Assembly (NCBI GenBank): GCA_048128005.1
Contig: JBEUKZ010000010.1
Coordinates: forward strand, 682,001-746,000
From: Veleropilina oligotropha
Lineage: Eukaryota
DNA: 64,000 bases
Direction: 5' to 3'
How positions within the stretch are numbered: the first letter of the stretch is position 1; each line of letters opens with the position of its first letter. The position numbers and the translations under genes are program-made. Below are positions 63,361 to 64,000 of the stretch, piece after piece. Under the pieces are notes generated by a model. It ran no database searches, was not told the DNA's origin, and was given only the letters and a program-made list of their open reading frames with translations.

Positions 63361-63712
63361 AGCGAACTGCTTGGATTGAAATGGATCGATGCTTAGTGTC
63401 TTGTATAGCGAACTGCTTGGATTGAAATGGATCGATGCTTAGTGTCCTGTATAGCGAACTGCTTGGATTGAAATGGATCGATGCTTAGTGTCCTGTATAT
63501 TTACAACCATCAGGATCAAAGCACAGCTAGGACATGTCTGGATGATATTATCACGAGAGTAAAGTCTGGCGCCCGGGAAACCCACCCTCTCCGACCAGTT
63601 ACGGACAACTGTGATTCATTATAACAGAGCTGTTAATGCCAATGTCCCAACCGAGATTCGAACCCACTACTGGTGGTGTCAGCAGAATCAAGCCAGTGAC
63701 AGTCGGAACGGC
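63361..63712 (-). mobile_element. tRNA-derived SINE (same family as 34259) with a triplicated 46-bp tail segment
   Basis: Matches 39924-40170 (CCCTCTCCGACCAGTTACGGACAACTGTGATTCAT); AGCGAACTGCTTGGATTGAAATGGATCGATGCTTAGTGTC x3 at 63361-63495. Confidence 0.8.
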
Positions 63713-64000
63713 CTTCATTGCTCGGATGGTGGTATGGGTATGAGTCAAAGCTCCCTCGGTCATGTCAGATATGATAACCCATAATAGGTGGGGACAGGTG
63801 GGTGTCGGGAATTATTCTGACCTAATTTCATCCATGACAGTATGGGCATAATGTAACATGCAAATGCAAATAACTTCCCTGGTTTCGGATTTTTTCGCTG
63901 GAGGTTCCATCTCAATTCCCGCTAGGAGTTTTACAACTGAGTAAGCCAAGGCAAGAATGCATAAGCCAAGGCAAGAATGCGATGTTCCTCACCCAAAGGA

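Overview
AT-rich eukaryotic (marine-invertebrate-like, probably lophotrochozoan) genomic DNA made up mostly of mobile elements. The first 24.6 kb holds three same-orientation DIRS1-like tyrosine-recombinase retrotransposons. Copy A is degenerate (1-2343 plus 9607-10786). Copy B (2344-9606), from a different subfamily, is inserted into A just after A's recombinase stop codon. Copy C (17179-24600) is nearly intact. B and C show Gag, RT-RNaseH-Dam-like methyltransferase, an overlapping YR frame, inverted terminal repeats and an internal complementary region (ICR); A shows the 3' part of this layout. Comparing the copies by eye shows long non-coding segments with compensatory base changes: a ~470-nt 5' leader, a ~750-nt 3' region and an ICR-spacer/right-ITR hairpin. 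These are candidate large structured RNA/ssDNA elements. There is also a CCC-TAG-G Gag stop that might feed both the Pol (+1) and YR (0) frames. The rest of the window contains Helentron-associated elements with internal tandem arrays, tRNA-derived SINEs, MITEs (piggyBac-like, Merlin-like, 5-bp-TSD types), Crypton-like long hairpins, a CR1/L2-type LINE 3' end and a Penelope-like insertion carrying GIY-YIG and a minimal hammerhead ribozyme. Two exons of a host WW-domain gene (FRMPD4/Preso-like) lie on the + strand. All calls are from manual reading; no alignments or searches were run.
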